The notes under the pieces were generated by a model. The model made no database searches. It worked only from the letters and a program-made list of their open reading frames with translations, and was not told the origin of the DNA. Of a stretch of DNA of 64,000 nucleotides, positions 36,995 to 47,105 are shown one piece after another. Origin of the DNA: a virus; the IMG/VR virus record IMGVR_UViG_3300009514_000014, positions 1 to 64,000 of that record; one strand, written 5' to 3'. Within the stretch, counting starts at the first letter, position 1, and each line of letters opens with the position of its first letter. Both the position numbers and the translations under genes were made by a program.

Positions 36995-37714
36995 CTATTT
37001 CTTGCTGTTCTTCTTTGAGGCCATATCCAAGCTATCGGGTAGTTGTTGAATCTTGGTGATTGGTTGCGTGGTTGGCATGGCCCTCCGCTCGAGCCTTTTA
37101 CGATGCTTGCGCTCCGCTCTCAGCTTCCGTGCCGACGCGATTACCGCTTTGCGACTGGCGATCATGTCGGCCGCGACAGCCTTGGGTACGCGCAGGCATT
37201 TGGCGCCGACGCGCACACGACCCGTCAGGCACTTCGGTGGTGCCGCCACGTCCTCCACTGCAGCTGGGGCAGCAGGCTTGACCTTCACTGCGTCGAGCTT
37301 CTTGTGTAAAGCCTCGAGCTCGGCCTGAAGTTGCATGGACGTCCTCGCCTCCTGCTTGGCCTGTTGGGCGACCTGCCACAGCTGCAGGGAGTTGAGCACC
37401 TTGGCCATCTGATTCTGCTGCCGACGAAGAGTGTCGTAGACCTTGTCCGACTTCACTTCAGCCTGAGCGGCCTGATGTTGCGCGTCGGGGTCGCCCTTGA
37501 TCAGACCGTACCACGCGGCTCCTGCCGACGAGATAGAGCCGATTAGCACCGTCGCGATGCCGACCCATCGCGGCAGTTTGCGGCCGTTGCCGGCAGGTGC
37601 AGTTGCGCCTTCCGCCTTGATGTCCTCTGGGGCATCTTCGGTCGGCACGTTTTGGATTGGGGCCCCGGAGGTTTCCGGGGTCTCGTCAACGGCAGGATCG
37701 GTCGTGTCGCTCAT
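36995..37714 (-). CDS. hypothetical membrane-anchored coiled-coil protein
   Basis: single TM + Gln/Lys-rich coiled coil. Confidence 0.55.
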   Translation of the reverse strand: MSDTTDPAVDETPETSGAPIQNVPTEDAPEDIKAEGATAPAGNGRKLPRWVGIATVLIGSISSAGAAWYGLIKGDPDAQHQAAQAEVKSDKVYDTLRRQQNQMAKVLNSLQLWQVAQQAKQEARTSMQLQAELEALHKKLDAVKVKPAAPAAVEDVAAPPKCLTGRVRVGAKCLRVPKAVAADMIASRKAVIASARKLRAERKHRKRLERRAMPTTQPITKIQQLPDSLDMASKKNSKK

Positions 37715-38787
37715 GGTTGCCTCCAAGTTATTGAAGGCGAGAGTGTAACATCTACTCGGTAGATGAGGCGACCAAAGGCGTCACGCCTCGTTGTCGCGTG
37801 GTTGAGGTAAGAGCGGCAACGCTGCGGTGCACAGCTGAGCCTCCACCTCGCCGGGCGATCTCGTTGCGCGCGACGTCGACTTCTTGCTGCAGCGCGGCCA
37901 GGATGGTCTCGGCCCGCTGCATGTTACGCAAAGCGATCTGGACTTTAGCTCGACGGTCTTGAAGATGGGCACGCAGCTCTTCGTCGCCAAGACTCCCTAC
38001 CATACTGCCCCCATTTGCTCGTGCTGGCATCGTCATTTACGTCTCCTTCGCCTGGGTTGACTTGCGTTGCTGAAACGTCTTGATCATCACTAGGGTATTT
38101 TGTGGGGCCTCGCTTGACAAGTATTTATGTAACCGATCTTGCGCCAAATGCGCTCCAGCGTCGATTACGTCCCCGTCTACCACTTCGACGTTGAACCCCA
38201 ATTTTAGCAGCTGTTCGCTAATTAACATGGCCATGTGGGTCTTGCCTGACCCGGAACCACCCTTGATTTCGATGGCTAATGTCTGCTTTTTCATGGGCGC
38301 TGGCTTACTGGCCGCACAAGCGCTTCGACACCGATACCGTGGTGAGCGCCGATGTCCGCCTCCACCAACTCGTCGAGAACTTTGACGTCCTCGACATACA
38401 ACTCAACGCTTTCCGTCATCCCGATTACGGTCCCTGGAGCGTCGCTGAGGCTCACGATCAGACCACCCGAGCCGTCGTGTCGTCGAGGCGTGACAGTGAG
38501 TTGAATGCGCATCGAGTCCTGCATCACCACGACGCCGCGCGACACCTGCGCGTCGACAGGCACATGCAGCGGCGCGCTGAACAGACGCGCATCGACAGTG
38601 ACAGACTGCGTCGGCGACGCCATCATCCGGGAGGGCTCACCCACTCCGAGTGTGTTTTGCATTGGTCTAGCCTTTCAGTTGGCACCGAACGAAAGCACTC
38701 GGTCGGTGGGTTATATAGGTGTAGACAGCAACCCGCCCGCACCAGCCATTGAGGATACAAACAGAATAAAATACTGTCAATAGGTGT

Positions 38788-39456
38788 TTAGGATAATCTG
38801 CGATTCTTTCCGATGTGCGCTTGTTCTTGCTTGGCGATCTCCGCGTCACGTTCCGCATCCTCACCGGTTTGACGGAACCAGTAGATGGATGGTGAAAGCA
38901 AGTCGTCGCTCACGCCATCAGCCCATTCGTCCTCGTCTCCGCGCGCCCATGCTGGTTTTTTGAAGGTGCAGCCATCGGGTTTGATGTGCATAGAACCCGT
39001 TTCCGGGTCGTACGATTCGATGGTTGCCGGTTGGTCATTGTAGTAGATAGTTCGACCCACAAGGTCAGCATCACCCTTACGCAAGTCTGCCGGATGCTCG
39101 TCGAGCTTCATCAACACGTCTGGTAGGCGACGCAAAAGAGCGTCGGCAGAGCGTGCCCCTTCGACGTAGACTAGCTTGTCGTCGTAGTACATGTTGGCGA
39201 CGCAAGACTTGCGAACTTCGTTGCCGGATAGTTCGGATCGCTTCAAGTAGTTGCTCTCCTTGATGTCGATTCGCAAGCACGTACGGTGGCCGTCGAAGCC
39301 TTCAATGGAGCCATCAGGCCAACGTGCGTAGACTGTGTTGGCGGAGCGGGAGTGCGGGTGCTCGCCGAAGATGAGCTCCACGACCTCGCCTTCGACTTTG
39401 GTGGTGGCAAATGGCTTTTCTTTGGCGCTATTGCCTACTCCCCATTGTTCTGACAT
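38788..39456 (-). CDS. hypothetical protein
   Basis: long ORF with SD GAGG. Confidence 0.6.
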   Translation of the reverse strand: MSEQWGVGNSAKEKPFATTKVEGEVVELIFGEHPHSRSANTVYARWPDGSIEGFDGHRTCLRIDIKESNYLKRSELSGNEVRKSCVANMYYDDKLVYVEGARSADALLRRLPDVLMKLDEHPADLRKGDADLVGRTIYYNDQPATIESYDPETGSMHIKPDGCTFKKPAWARGDEDEWADGVSDDLLSPSIYWFRQTGEDAERDAEIAKQEQAHIGKNRRLS

Positions 39457-39492
39457 AGTTCACCTCTTTGACTTGCTCAGGAGAATAGCACG

Positions 39493-39729
39493 ATGAAGAA
39501 ACTAATTGGACTACTGGCAATCCTGCCGTTGGTGCTTTTTGTCGCCTGTGGTGATGATGTCACCCCTACGACTGACGCAGCTCTGGTTATGGAAGCCAGT
39601 ATCGTCGAGGCCGGTTCGGATGCGGTTGGCTCCGATGCCGTCACGGTCGATGCAGCTGCAATCAAACCTGACGTTGTGGTTGTCGCACCGGATGCGGCGC
39701 CTGCCGACGCGGCCCCCGCTACAGACTAA
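39493..39729 (+). CDS. small lipoprotein
   Basis: MKKLIG...FVACGDD lipobox, Asp/Ala-rich tail. Confidence 0.65.
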   Translation: MKKLIGLLAILPLVLFVACGDDVTPTTDAALVMEASIVEAGSDAVGSDAVTVDAAAIKPDVVVVAPDAAPADAAPATD

Positions 39730-40375
39730 TCGGATCATCACCGTCGTCGGAGACTGCCTTCAGCTCTCCGGCGGCAGGTTCTTTCTCTACTTCCGGTACG
39801 TCGAGGGCTCTCAGCGCTCCGTCCGGAAATCTGAAGTCTAAGTACTCCCCCAGATAGTCCAAGATTGATTTCTTGAAGCCGCGTAAGTCATCGGGCGCTC
39901 CACGCACCATACCGGCCGGTGAGAACTGCGAGTGGCGAAATCGACTTGTGAACACGTGCAGAGGTACACCGTGTTGCAGGGCGATCGACACGGTGTAGGT
40001 CAGCGCATTCATGATTCCAGAGATGAATGAGCCCGGCTTGCTCATGTTCAGGAAGAGCTCACCGAGTCTTCCATCGGGGTACAAGCCCATGGTCAGGTAG
40101 CCTTTGGCGATCTCTTTTTCGTCCACCAGCTCAAAGCAATGCGTGAATGATTGACGCTCGCCTGGCAACCGCCAGCGATGGGGTGCGCTGGTTGGCAATT
40201 TGGTTTTGGCGATCACCTTCTCTCGAATGAATGTCTCCCAGGCAATCAGACGCTCACGTGTGGCTTCGGTTGCGGCAATTGGCGTACCGGTCCCACTGGC
40301 TTTTTGGGCTGCGTCGAACAGCTCGACGAGTTCGGCCACCGATGGGATGTTTTCTTCAGCTAGTTTGGTGGACAT
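39719..40375 (-). CDS. stand-alone TSCPD domain (class II ribonucleotide reductase C-terminal-like)
   Basis: RLPGERQSFTH, KGYLTMGLYPDGRLGELFLNMSKPGS, VSIALQHGVPL, SILDY. Confidence 0.8.
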   Translation of the reverse strand: MSTKLAEENIPSVAELVELFDAAQKASGTGTPIAATEATRERLIAWETFIREKVIAKTKLPTSAPHRWRLPGERQSFTHCFELVDEKEIAKGYLTMGLYPDGRLGELFLNMSKPGSFISGIMNALTYTVSIALQHGVPLHVFTSRFRHSQFSPAGMVRGAPDDLRGFKKSILDYLGEYLDFRFPDGALRALDVPEVEKEPAAGELKAVSDDGDDPISL

Positions 40376-41043
40376 TATCGAAGCTCGATGCAGGACTCTT
40401 TGAGCATGTCCGCTGTTCGGTCCCACTCTTGGTCGTTTACGGTGCGAGGATCCCAAGGTACGACCAAGACGTTGACAGCATGCGACCAAGGAAACAAAGC
40501 TGTTTTTGCTTCTTTGATCAATCGCTGGTAGCCGTCGTGAATCATTTGGAGGTAGGCCAACGTTATGCCCTGCTCTTGCGGTCGATTGCGCTCTTTGATG
40601 CGTTCGAGGCAGGTCTCAGGGCGAGCGTTGAGGTAGACGAGAGTCGTAGGCGGAAAGAGCACAAGTGACATATTGCGCACTGCAGACTGGTAGATCTCCC
40701 ACTCCTTTTTGTGCATGGCGCCAGTCTCGGCGAGTGCCCGTGCGAACACGAGATCGCCCCACAGACTTCGATCGAGGATGGCGCCAGCGTAGCCGCCATC
40801 AACGAGAGTCTCGGCTGCGGCAGACATCTGCATGGCCCAGTGACGGTGGAGCATTTCCATCTGGAACGGGAATGACCAACGCATGTAGTCGTCGTAGAAG
40901 AGCTGCAAGAGTTCGTGGTCAACCGGCTCTTCGAGTAAACGCAACCCCAGACGCTTTGCCAGCTTCTTGCTGGCGGTACTTTTGCCTGTGCCAATGTTGC
41001 CCTCGACGATGATCAACGCTTTGCCGCGACTAGCCGTCACCAT
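40375..41043 (-). CDS. deoxynucleoside kinase
   Basis: IVEGNIGTGKST, EEPV, LDRSLWGD, RIKERNRPQE. Confidence 0.9.
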   Translation of the reverse strand: MVTASRGKALIIVEGNIGTGKSTASKKLAKRLGLRLLEEPVDHELLQLFYDDYMRWSFPFQMEMLHRHWAMQMSAAAETLVDGGYAGAILDRSLWGDLVFARALAETGAMHKKEWEIYQSAVRNMSLVLFPPTTLVYLNARPETCLERIKERNRPQEQGITLAYLQMIHDGYQRLIKEAKTALFPWSHAVNVLVVPWDPRTVNDQEWDRTADMLKESCIELR

Positions 41044-41056
41044 ACAGTCCTCGCTC

Positions 41057-41401
41057 TCAATAGGAAAAGTGGTTGGGGAATCTTTCGATCAAATAATTCA
41101 TTAGAAGATATGTGTGGCAAAACTTTCCGTCTCGGCAGTAACAGAGGAATGTCAGAACTCCACTGGGTTGTGTGCTTAGCGCCCCGAAACGGTAGAGCTC
41201 GGCGTACAAATCTTCCGGTATCCCAGCCAAAATTTCTAGGTATTTTTTCGTGTAAGTACCGTCGGAGATCGTGTTTGTTTTGTGTGCCCGTATCATGTCC
41301 CAGGTGGGGGCAAAAACGAGGCCAAGTCCCTCACCTGATTTGCGGGTGACGTCGAGTCCGTTGTCGGTGCGATTGATGGCGGCGCGGGTGAGTCTGATCA
41401 T
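41057..41401 (-). CDS. DUF488-like protein
   Basis: FAPTWDM...TFLCYCRDGKFCH. Confidence 0.55.
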   Translation of the reverse strand: MIRLTRAAINRTDNGLDVTRKSGEGLGLVFAPTWDMIRAHKTNTISDGTYTKKYLEILAGIPEDLYAELYRFGALSTQPSGVLTFLCYCRDGKFCHTYLLMNYLIERFPNHFSY

Positions 41402-41771
41402 GTTCTAGAGTGCAGAGTGAATTTCTTGAGGAACTCCTGCTCCTCGCGCACAAAGACTTGGCCGGGGTGCACGTACTGGCTGTAGACCACGACACGTAAC
41501 CCGTCGCGCTCGTTGGTGCAATCAAATCCAATGGTGTGCACGCTGTAGACCACTCCAGATTTGTCGTGCGTGTAGAGTTTGCCGTCCACCTGCTTTTTGT
41601 GTGAGTAGCACTTGCGGACTGTGGGCTCTTCCACTGGCTGCACGATTACTCCTAACTCGCTGCTACCGACAGGATCGTTAACGCCTTGAGCGACGAGCTC
41701 TTGCTCATGCATCTCTTTGGGGCAATCGGGTGCGCAGCCGCGATAAGCGGTTCCGCATTCTGCTGTATGAT

Positions 41772-42323
41772 TCATGTGCCATTTATCGGATTCCATATTG
41801 TCTCCTCTTCGGTCGGCTGGCCGTCGATTGGATCCCAGTAGCAATTGCGGTCCATCAACCACACGGGGATGCCCAATGAGGCCGCGACACGCATTGCGTG
41901 ACCGGTCCCACTCCAACCTGGTTTGTGGTAGCTAGGGAAGGCGTAGACGCAGCTCACGGGCTTATCAAAGCGCATGACGATCATCGCGTTGCGAATCATC
42001 AAACGGCGCACACCTTGTCCTAAGTGGTCCCAGGCCGAGTGCGCGTTTTTTGCTGCTTCGATGTGGGCAGGAGTTGCCTGGTTTGCCGTCCAGTACTGTT
42101 GACCGACAGGCATCTTTGCCCGCTCGTAGTTGGCCCAGGGCAGGTAAAGCTCGACTGTGCCGTGAACTCGTGCGCCCTTGGCGAACGCCTGGTCGCAGCC
42201 GATGGCGTTTCCGCTTGTCAGCGTTATATTGGCCTGCACGATTCGTGTAGCCATGTCCGAGATGAAGGCCTGTTGAAGGGCCGTCAGCTCGCGACGACCG
42301 ATTCCGGCTACATAGCGGTCCAC
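41772..42323 (-). CDS. SLOG/DprA-like protein
   Basis: YVAGIGRRE, LTSGNAIGCDQAF, LYLPW, RNAMIV, GTGHAMRVA. Confidence 0.75.
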   Translation of the reverse strand: MDRYVAGIGRRELTALQQAFISDMATRIVQANITLTSGNAIGCDQAFAKGARVHGTVELYLPWANYERAKMPVGQQYWTANQATPAHIEAAKNAHSAWDHLGQGVRRLMIRNAMIVMRFDKPVSCVYAFPSYHKPGWSGTGHAMRVAASLGIPVWLMDRNCYWDPIDGQPTEEETIWNPINGT

Positions 42324-42937
42324 TTGTATACCTTGCGCAGTCGTTTGGCGTCAGCATCGGTCAATTCTTGTGGTCGCTTGTTGATTTGTTCATGCATGAT
42401 TGATGTTGATTTGTCGTCATGCGCCAACCCGACACCATGTCCGAACTCGTGTTTGACGACTTTCGGATTGAACGAGTGATACTTACCGAGGCGAATTCGA
42501 CCGCCAACAATTCGTCCTTTTTCGTTCCAACGTAGTTCAGTGCTGCCGCCGTGTTCTGGTGCGGTGTCGACGACGTCAATCAGCAATGCACCGGAGAACT
42601 GCAATCCTTTGTCCCACATCTCGAGATACTTTGACCAGACGGCGCGCTCTGTTGGTGTGCCCAAGTCGTACAACGTACCGCATTGTGCATTGATCTCTCG
42701 TACGGTGGCGCGCAATGCGGCCAAGGTGGGGGTATCGATGTCTTCAGGGTAGTACCAGAATACAGGCGTACTCGGCCAACGGAGGTTGGCGCCGTTTTCG
42801 TCCTTCATGAAGCCTCGGTCTTGCTGGGTCCGCACGGCCCAAATGATGACGATAGGCACCCCGATCAAAAAGATGACGCCGAGAGATCCAAAGAGGATTT
42901 TGTTGAAGAGAGACATTGCGGAAAAGAATTCAATCAT
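42308..42937 (-). CDS. membrane-anchored zinc metalloprotease (matrixin-like)
   Basis: HEFGHGVGLAH + SIM Met-turn. Confidence 0.8.
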   Translation of the reverse strand: MIEFFSAMSLFNKILFGSLGVIFLIGVPIVIIWAVRTQQDRGFMKDENGANLRWPSTPVFWYYPEDIDTPTLAALRATVREINAQCGTLYDLGTPTERAVWSKYLEMWDKGLQFSGALLIDVVDTAPEHGGSTELRWNEKGRIVGGRIRLGKYHSFNPKVVKHEFGHGVGLAHDDKSTSIMHEQINKRPQELTDADAKRLRKVYKWTAM

Positions 42938-43440
42938 GAAGCACCTCCACCGGTATCATAACGCACGTGAACAAAAGAGGGGTGAGTCAAAATCGAGTGC
43001 AGCAGCGGCACAACGACGCCCTCCGCCAAGCCTCCGTTTCCGCAGCCGACTGAAGGTACGAGGATATAGCCGCCAGTGTGTTCGTCGCTCTCAGCATGCG
43101 CCTGCAGCTCTCTCAGGCTGCGTTCGATCAGTCGGAGGCATGCAGGCTGTTGCCACGACCTGTATGGCTGTTCGAGGTTCAGCGGCTTCACAGGCAACAG
43201 AATGATGTACTTCCCCCACTTGCCGCCAGGCATCATGCAAACTGGTGCCGAAGGGCCGTGTTGCTTGCAATACTGGCCATAGGACAATGCAGCCCAAGGC
43301 ATGCGACGGGTGAGCTGACGCGCGATGCCGGCCCCCATGACGTTCTTGCCGTCGGACAGTTTCCAACCGATGTTGGTGGGGACAACGATGCTGTCGTCTT
43401 TGCGGCTTAATTGCCAGATGTCTCCGACTACAGTTTCCAT
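42934..43440 (-). CDS. macro domain (ADP-ribose-binding/hydrolase) protein
   Basis: VGDIW, VPTN, VMGAGIA, PSVGCGNGGL. Confidence 0.85.
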   Translation of the reverse strand: METVVGDIWQLSRKDDSIVVPTNIGWKLSDGKNVMGAGIARQLTRRMPWAALSYGQYCKQHGPSAPVCMMPGGKWGKYIILLPVKPLNLEQPYRSWQQPACLRLIERSLRELQAHAESDEHTGGYILVPSVGCGNGGLAEGVVVPLLHSILTHPSFVHVRYDTGGGAS

Positions 43441-43443
43441 GAA

Positions 43444-44367
43444 CTAGCGCTGCTTTCCGTGTTTTATTGGTCGAAGCTCATTAGCGGCCATCTTGAATGC
43501 GAGAGTCTCTTCTAGATCGACACCTAAGCTCGCTGTCAGATCGAGTAGACGAATTAACGTATCGGCGAGCTCTTCGACAAAGTTGACGTAGATGGTGCAC
43601 TGATCTTCGCCAATTTGATCGGGGTCGCCTAGCTGCTCGGGCGACTCTTTGCACACACGCATGCAATGTGCAAGCGTAGTTGGCGTCAAGTGACGGTAAG
43701 CTTCCATCGCTTCGCCACAAAGTTCGCCAACGATCAGTGCCATCTTCTCCGGTACATTCATCCAGTCCGTCGTGAACTGTTTGGACTCGCGATACTTGGC
43801 GATCTGGTCGGCAAGGTGAGAGAGAGAAGCCGGACCTTGAAGTAAGCGACTGTAAAGAATAGTGAGCGTTTCTGTCCGCGACGGTATCTTGTTTGGGTTG
43901 GAGTTGTCTTTTGCGATCCCTGCACGGACATTTTCGATTTGTTCTTGCGGCTTCAACACGGGTACGATCGCGCGCTTCTGTGCTTTTTCTTCAAGATCGG
44001 CGACTAATTCGGTGAAGGCGATCTCGTCCGATTTAGATTGCATGCTGCAGTATCGGGCGTAGTGGAGGCATTTATGATGCTCCACCATGTCATGCAGGTA
44101 GCTTTTGGCCATTCGTAGGGTGTCACTGACACCTTTGCCACTACGTTTGGTCCACAAAAACTCGGCAAAGAATTCGCAATGCGAGCATCCGGCGACTACT
44201 CTTCGCCAATCGTTAGCTTCGGTCTCGAATGTCGCCGGAGGAGCTGGGGGCCCATCTTCACCCCAAAACTGTGGGGCGGGGTTTAGTACACCGAGTGATA
44301 TGCCAGACGTGATGGCGAGCGCTTGCTGGTGCCACGTCAGACCGAGATGTTGGATGCGGCTTTTCAT
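43444..44367 (-). CDS. protein with C-terminal MazG-like NTP pyrophosphohydrolase domain
   Basis: KMALIVGEL.GEAMEA, EELADTLIRLLDL, KMAANELRPIKHGK. Confidence 0.75.
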   Translation of the reverse strand: MKSRIQHLGLTWHQQALAITSGISLGVLNPAPQFWGEDGPPAPPATFETEANDWRRVVAGCSHCEFFAEFLWTKRSGKGVSDTLRMAKSYLHDMVEHHKCLHYARYCSMQSKSDEIAFTELVADLEEKAQKRAIVPVLKPQEQIENVRAGIAKDNSNPNKIPSRTETLTILYSRLLQGPASLSHLADQIAKYRESKQFTTDWMNVPEKMALIVGELCGEAMEAYRHLTPTTLAHCMRVCKESPEQLGDPDQIGEDQCTIYVNFVEELADTLIRLLDLTASLGVDLEETLAFKMAANELRPIKHGKQR

Positions 44368-44855
44368 TTGTTTTTCTTCCTCCACAGCCAAGGCGCCATA
44401 GGTGTCTTGCCGGCCCACAGGCCAATGGATTCTTTCTTCGCTTTCTTTTCGGCGCGGGCAAGAAGCTTGCTTTTAGAGTACTTCTTGTAGTGCCACGCCC
44501 AACCCTTGCGCACGAGTTGATAGCTCAAGCAGCGATACTTATTCTTGCCTCGGCACAGGTCACCAAGCCATCGCCCGTACTTTCCTTTGCCGTTGACGTT
44601 GACTGTGACGTCACGCCCGAAGACGAACGCGACGGCGAACTTGGTTGCGTCTTTGCCGAAGGCTTGTTTCTTCTCGGGTGCGTCGACGCCTTGAATACGG
44701 ACACGTTGGATGGTCCAGCAGCCCTTAGCACCGGGACGTAGGACGTCGACCGTGTCGGCGTCAAGAACACGTACGACTTTGCCTTTCCAGGTTTTTGTTT
44801 CGGCCCAAGCTGTGGTTGAAATAAACAGGGCTAACAGAATTGTGATGAATCTCAT
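44364..44855 (-). CDS. thermonuclease (SNase-like), secreted
   Basis: VVRVLDADT, RVRIQGVDAPE, YGRWL, AKKESIGLW. Confidence 0.9.
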   Translation of the reverse strand: MRFITILLALFISTTAWAETKTWKGKVVRVLDADTVDVLRPGAKGCWTIQRVRIQGVDAPEKKQAFGKDATKFAVAFVFGRDVTVNVNGKGKYGRWLGDLCRGKNKYRCLSYQLVRKGWAWHYKKYSKSKLLARAEKKAKKESIGLWAGKTPMAPWLWRKKNK

Positions 44856-45138
44856 TTGTCGTCTCCTTCTTTTAGCAAACCCAGCTCGTCCAGCATCTGC
44901 AAGCATTGGTCTGCGCGATACAGTGCGTTTTCTCGTTCAGCGCCCTTCAAACAAACGAAGTGCGCGGCTTCTATTTTCCTCATCGCCATTGGGTTGATGT
45001 CGGCGGTCGAAGCAACCGACAGGAGCGTCTGGCGTTCGCAAACATGAAATTGCTCAGCGAGCTCCTCTCGCAGTTTCACCTTCCACGGCGGAAGCTCGGG
45101 TCGCTCTGCTTGCCAAACACTCACCAGTACTCCTTCCA

Positions 45139-46140
45139 TCAATACTGTACTTTCAAGCGCACCACAGAGCCGGGTTGCTCGCGTTCGAGTTTGTTGATGG
45201 CTTCGTTCTCGTTGATGTACTTCATGTTGACGTCACAGATGACTGAGCGACGTCCGTGTTTCAACGCAGCTTCGGCCACAACACCGGACCCGGCGAAGGG
45301 GTCCAGCACCCATTCACGTTCGACGGTGGAGTTCAGCACGAGACGTTCCACGACCTCCAACGGTTTTTGTGTTGGCGGGTCATTGCGACCGGCGCGTTTG
45401 CCGACGAGGACGTTGGGGTACGAGCGGTCGTTGAGTGCGCGTTTGCCCTTCTCTAAGAACAGGATGCGCTCGGTCGATGTGGCCCAGTGGTAGCCGGTGC
45501 CCTTGCGGATAATCTTGTATGCAATCTCCACAATCTTCTGGCGCGCGGTGAGCAACGGGTTATTCACGATTGCCAACAGCGTTTCGAGAAAGGTCTTGTC
45601 GACAGTCTCGCGGACCTTCAACCAGGTCAGCGTCGGCCATGGATGCCACGATTTGCCTACGACCGCGTGTAGCGGAGCGAGCAGTCCACCGAATGTCGCG
45701 TTGGTGTACTCGACGAGCACCGCATCATTTTTGAGGTAGAACGGATTGCGTCCGCTGTAGATGACGTGTTCGGTCTCGCAGTCGCAGAAACAGTACAGAT
45801 GTGTATTGGGTCGCTGGACCTCGTGAAGCCAGTACAGCAAGTCCCAGTAGCGCGTGTTGGCCAAGATCGAAAACCAGGGATTGGAGCTCGCCTTGGAGTC
45901 CTTGAGCCGCGTTGTGGTGCCTACAGCCCGATGGCGCTCCAAGGACTCGTAGGGCGGGTCGGTGATCGTCAGTGCAATCACCTCGGGCAGTAAAGGGAGA
46001 ATATGATCCCAGCTGCCCTCGATGATGATGCACTTTGTGGGTTCGACGTCATTCATCGCCAGACCAAGAGCGACGTACAGGTCGTTTCTGGTCGCGATCA
46101 GGTCGTCGCGGAGGTTTGCCTGTCTACCAAAAAAATTCAT
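45139..46140 (-). CDS. N6/N4 DNA methyltransferase (beta class)
   Basis: ITDPPY, PTQKP, VLDPFAGSG. Confidence 0.88.
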   Translation of the reverse strand: MNFFGRQANLRDDLIATRNDLYVALGLAMNDVEPTKCIIIEGSWDHILPLLPEVIALTITDPPYESLERHRAVGTTTRLKDSKASSNPWFSILANTRYWDLLYWLHEVQRPNTHLYCFCDCETEHVIYSGRNPFYLKNDAVLVEYTNATFGGLLAPLHAVVGKSWHPWPTLTWLKVRETVDKTFLETLLAIVNNPLLTARQKIVEIAYKIIRKGTGYHWATSTERILFLEKGKRALNDRSYPNVLVGKRAGRNDPPTQKPLEVVERLVLNSTVEREWVLDPFAGSGVVAEAALKHGRRSVICDVNMKYINENEAINKLEREQPGSVVRLKVQY

Positions 46141-46143
46141 AAA

Positions 46144-46932
46144 CTAGAGCATCCAGTCCATGTCTTCGAAGCAGCACGGAATCAGCTTGATGAACATCGC
46201 GAGTGCTTGCTTCATCGTGCTGCGAATTTCCCACTGCGCGTGTCCGTCGCAGCGCAGTGTGAAGACGTGCCGCCATTGGCGGATGTTGTACGTCGTGCAG
46301 ACTTCCGTCTTGCAGGCGTTTGGCAAGACGAAACGCGCGTCCTCAGCCTTAACGCCGTTCGCCAGCAGATTGAGGTAGGTTTGATAGCTTGTCAGGCACT
46401 GATACAGGAACGCGTTTGTTCGTTCTGTTTCAGGTGAAGGTGGCATATTGGCGGAGATGAGCTTGTGACCTTGATTGAGTGGAGCAGCCTCGTTTCTGAA
46501 AACCATGACGTCGCGCGCTTGATTCAATCGATACACGGTACCTGCAGGTAAGTCGTCGATGGTTGATGGGCAGATGACCTTCAGCAACTTACCGTGTTTC
46601 TTTTTGCCATAGTTGCAAAAGCGCTGTGACTCTTGCGAGTATGCGGCGATGCGGTGCCGCACGAGCTGATGGGACGCTGTTCGCGAAAACGTAAAGCGAC
46701 CTGTGATGGCGCCGTGCTCCAACACCGACTCGTGTTTCGAGACCTCGTCTTTGCCTTTGATGGCAACGCGTTTGATCAGTGTGTCGGCAGAATCTTCGGT
46801 GATCTTATCCTCCGATTTGTAGCAAACGCGGATGCAGCGCTCCAACAATTGTGGGATGCGGGCGACCTCCTCGGGGTCACTGAGGAGCTCGAAGGAGGGT
46901 GTGACGATTTGAATTCCTGGATGATCGATCAT
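46144..46932 (-). CDS. thyX: FAD-dependent thymidylate synthase
   Basis: HESVLEH, SHQLVRHR, YSQESQRF, EDARFVLPN, HAQWEIR. Confidence 0.95.
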   Translation of the reverse strand: MIDHPGIQIVTPSFELLSDPEEVARIPQLLERCIRVCYKSEDKITEDSADTLIKRVAIKGKDEVSKHESVLEHGAITGRFTFSRTASHQLVRHRIAAYSQESQRFCNYGKKKHGKLLKVICPSTIDDLPAGTVYRLNQARDVMVFRNEAAPLNQGHKLISANMPPSPETERTNAFLYQCLTSYQTYLNLLANGVKAEDARFVLPNACKTEVCTTYNIRQWRHVFTLRCDGHAQWEIRSTMKQALAMFIKLIPCCFEDMDWML

Positions 46933-47105
46933 GGCGGTTCCGTTCGGTTATTGGGTTAGACACAGCATGCCTAGCGCTGCCGCAAGCAACACGGCACATC
47001 CTGCGAAGTTGTATTTCCATGTCCTGACGCGATCGCGCAGCACGTCGTTGTCATGTTGAAGCGCGATGTACGCCTCTTTGATTGCAAACTCGTCCATGGC
47101 TTGGC

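Noticed and set aside
38037-38294. P-loop ATPase (GGSGSGKT)
   Set aside because: Only 85 aa; too short to assign a function.
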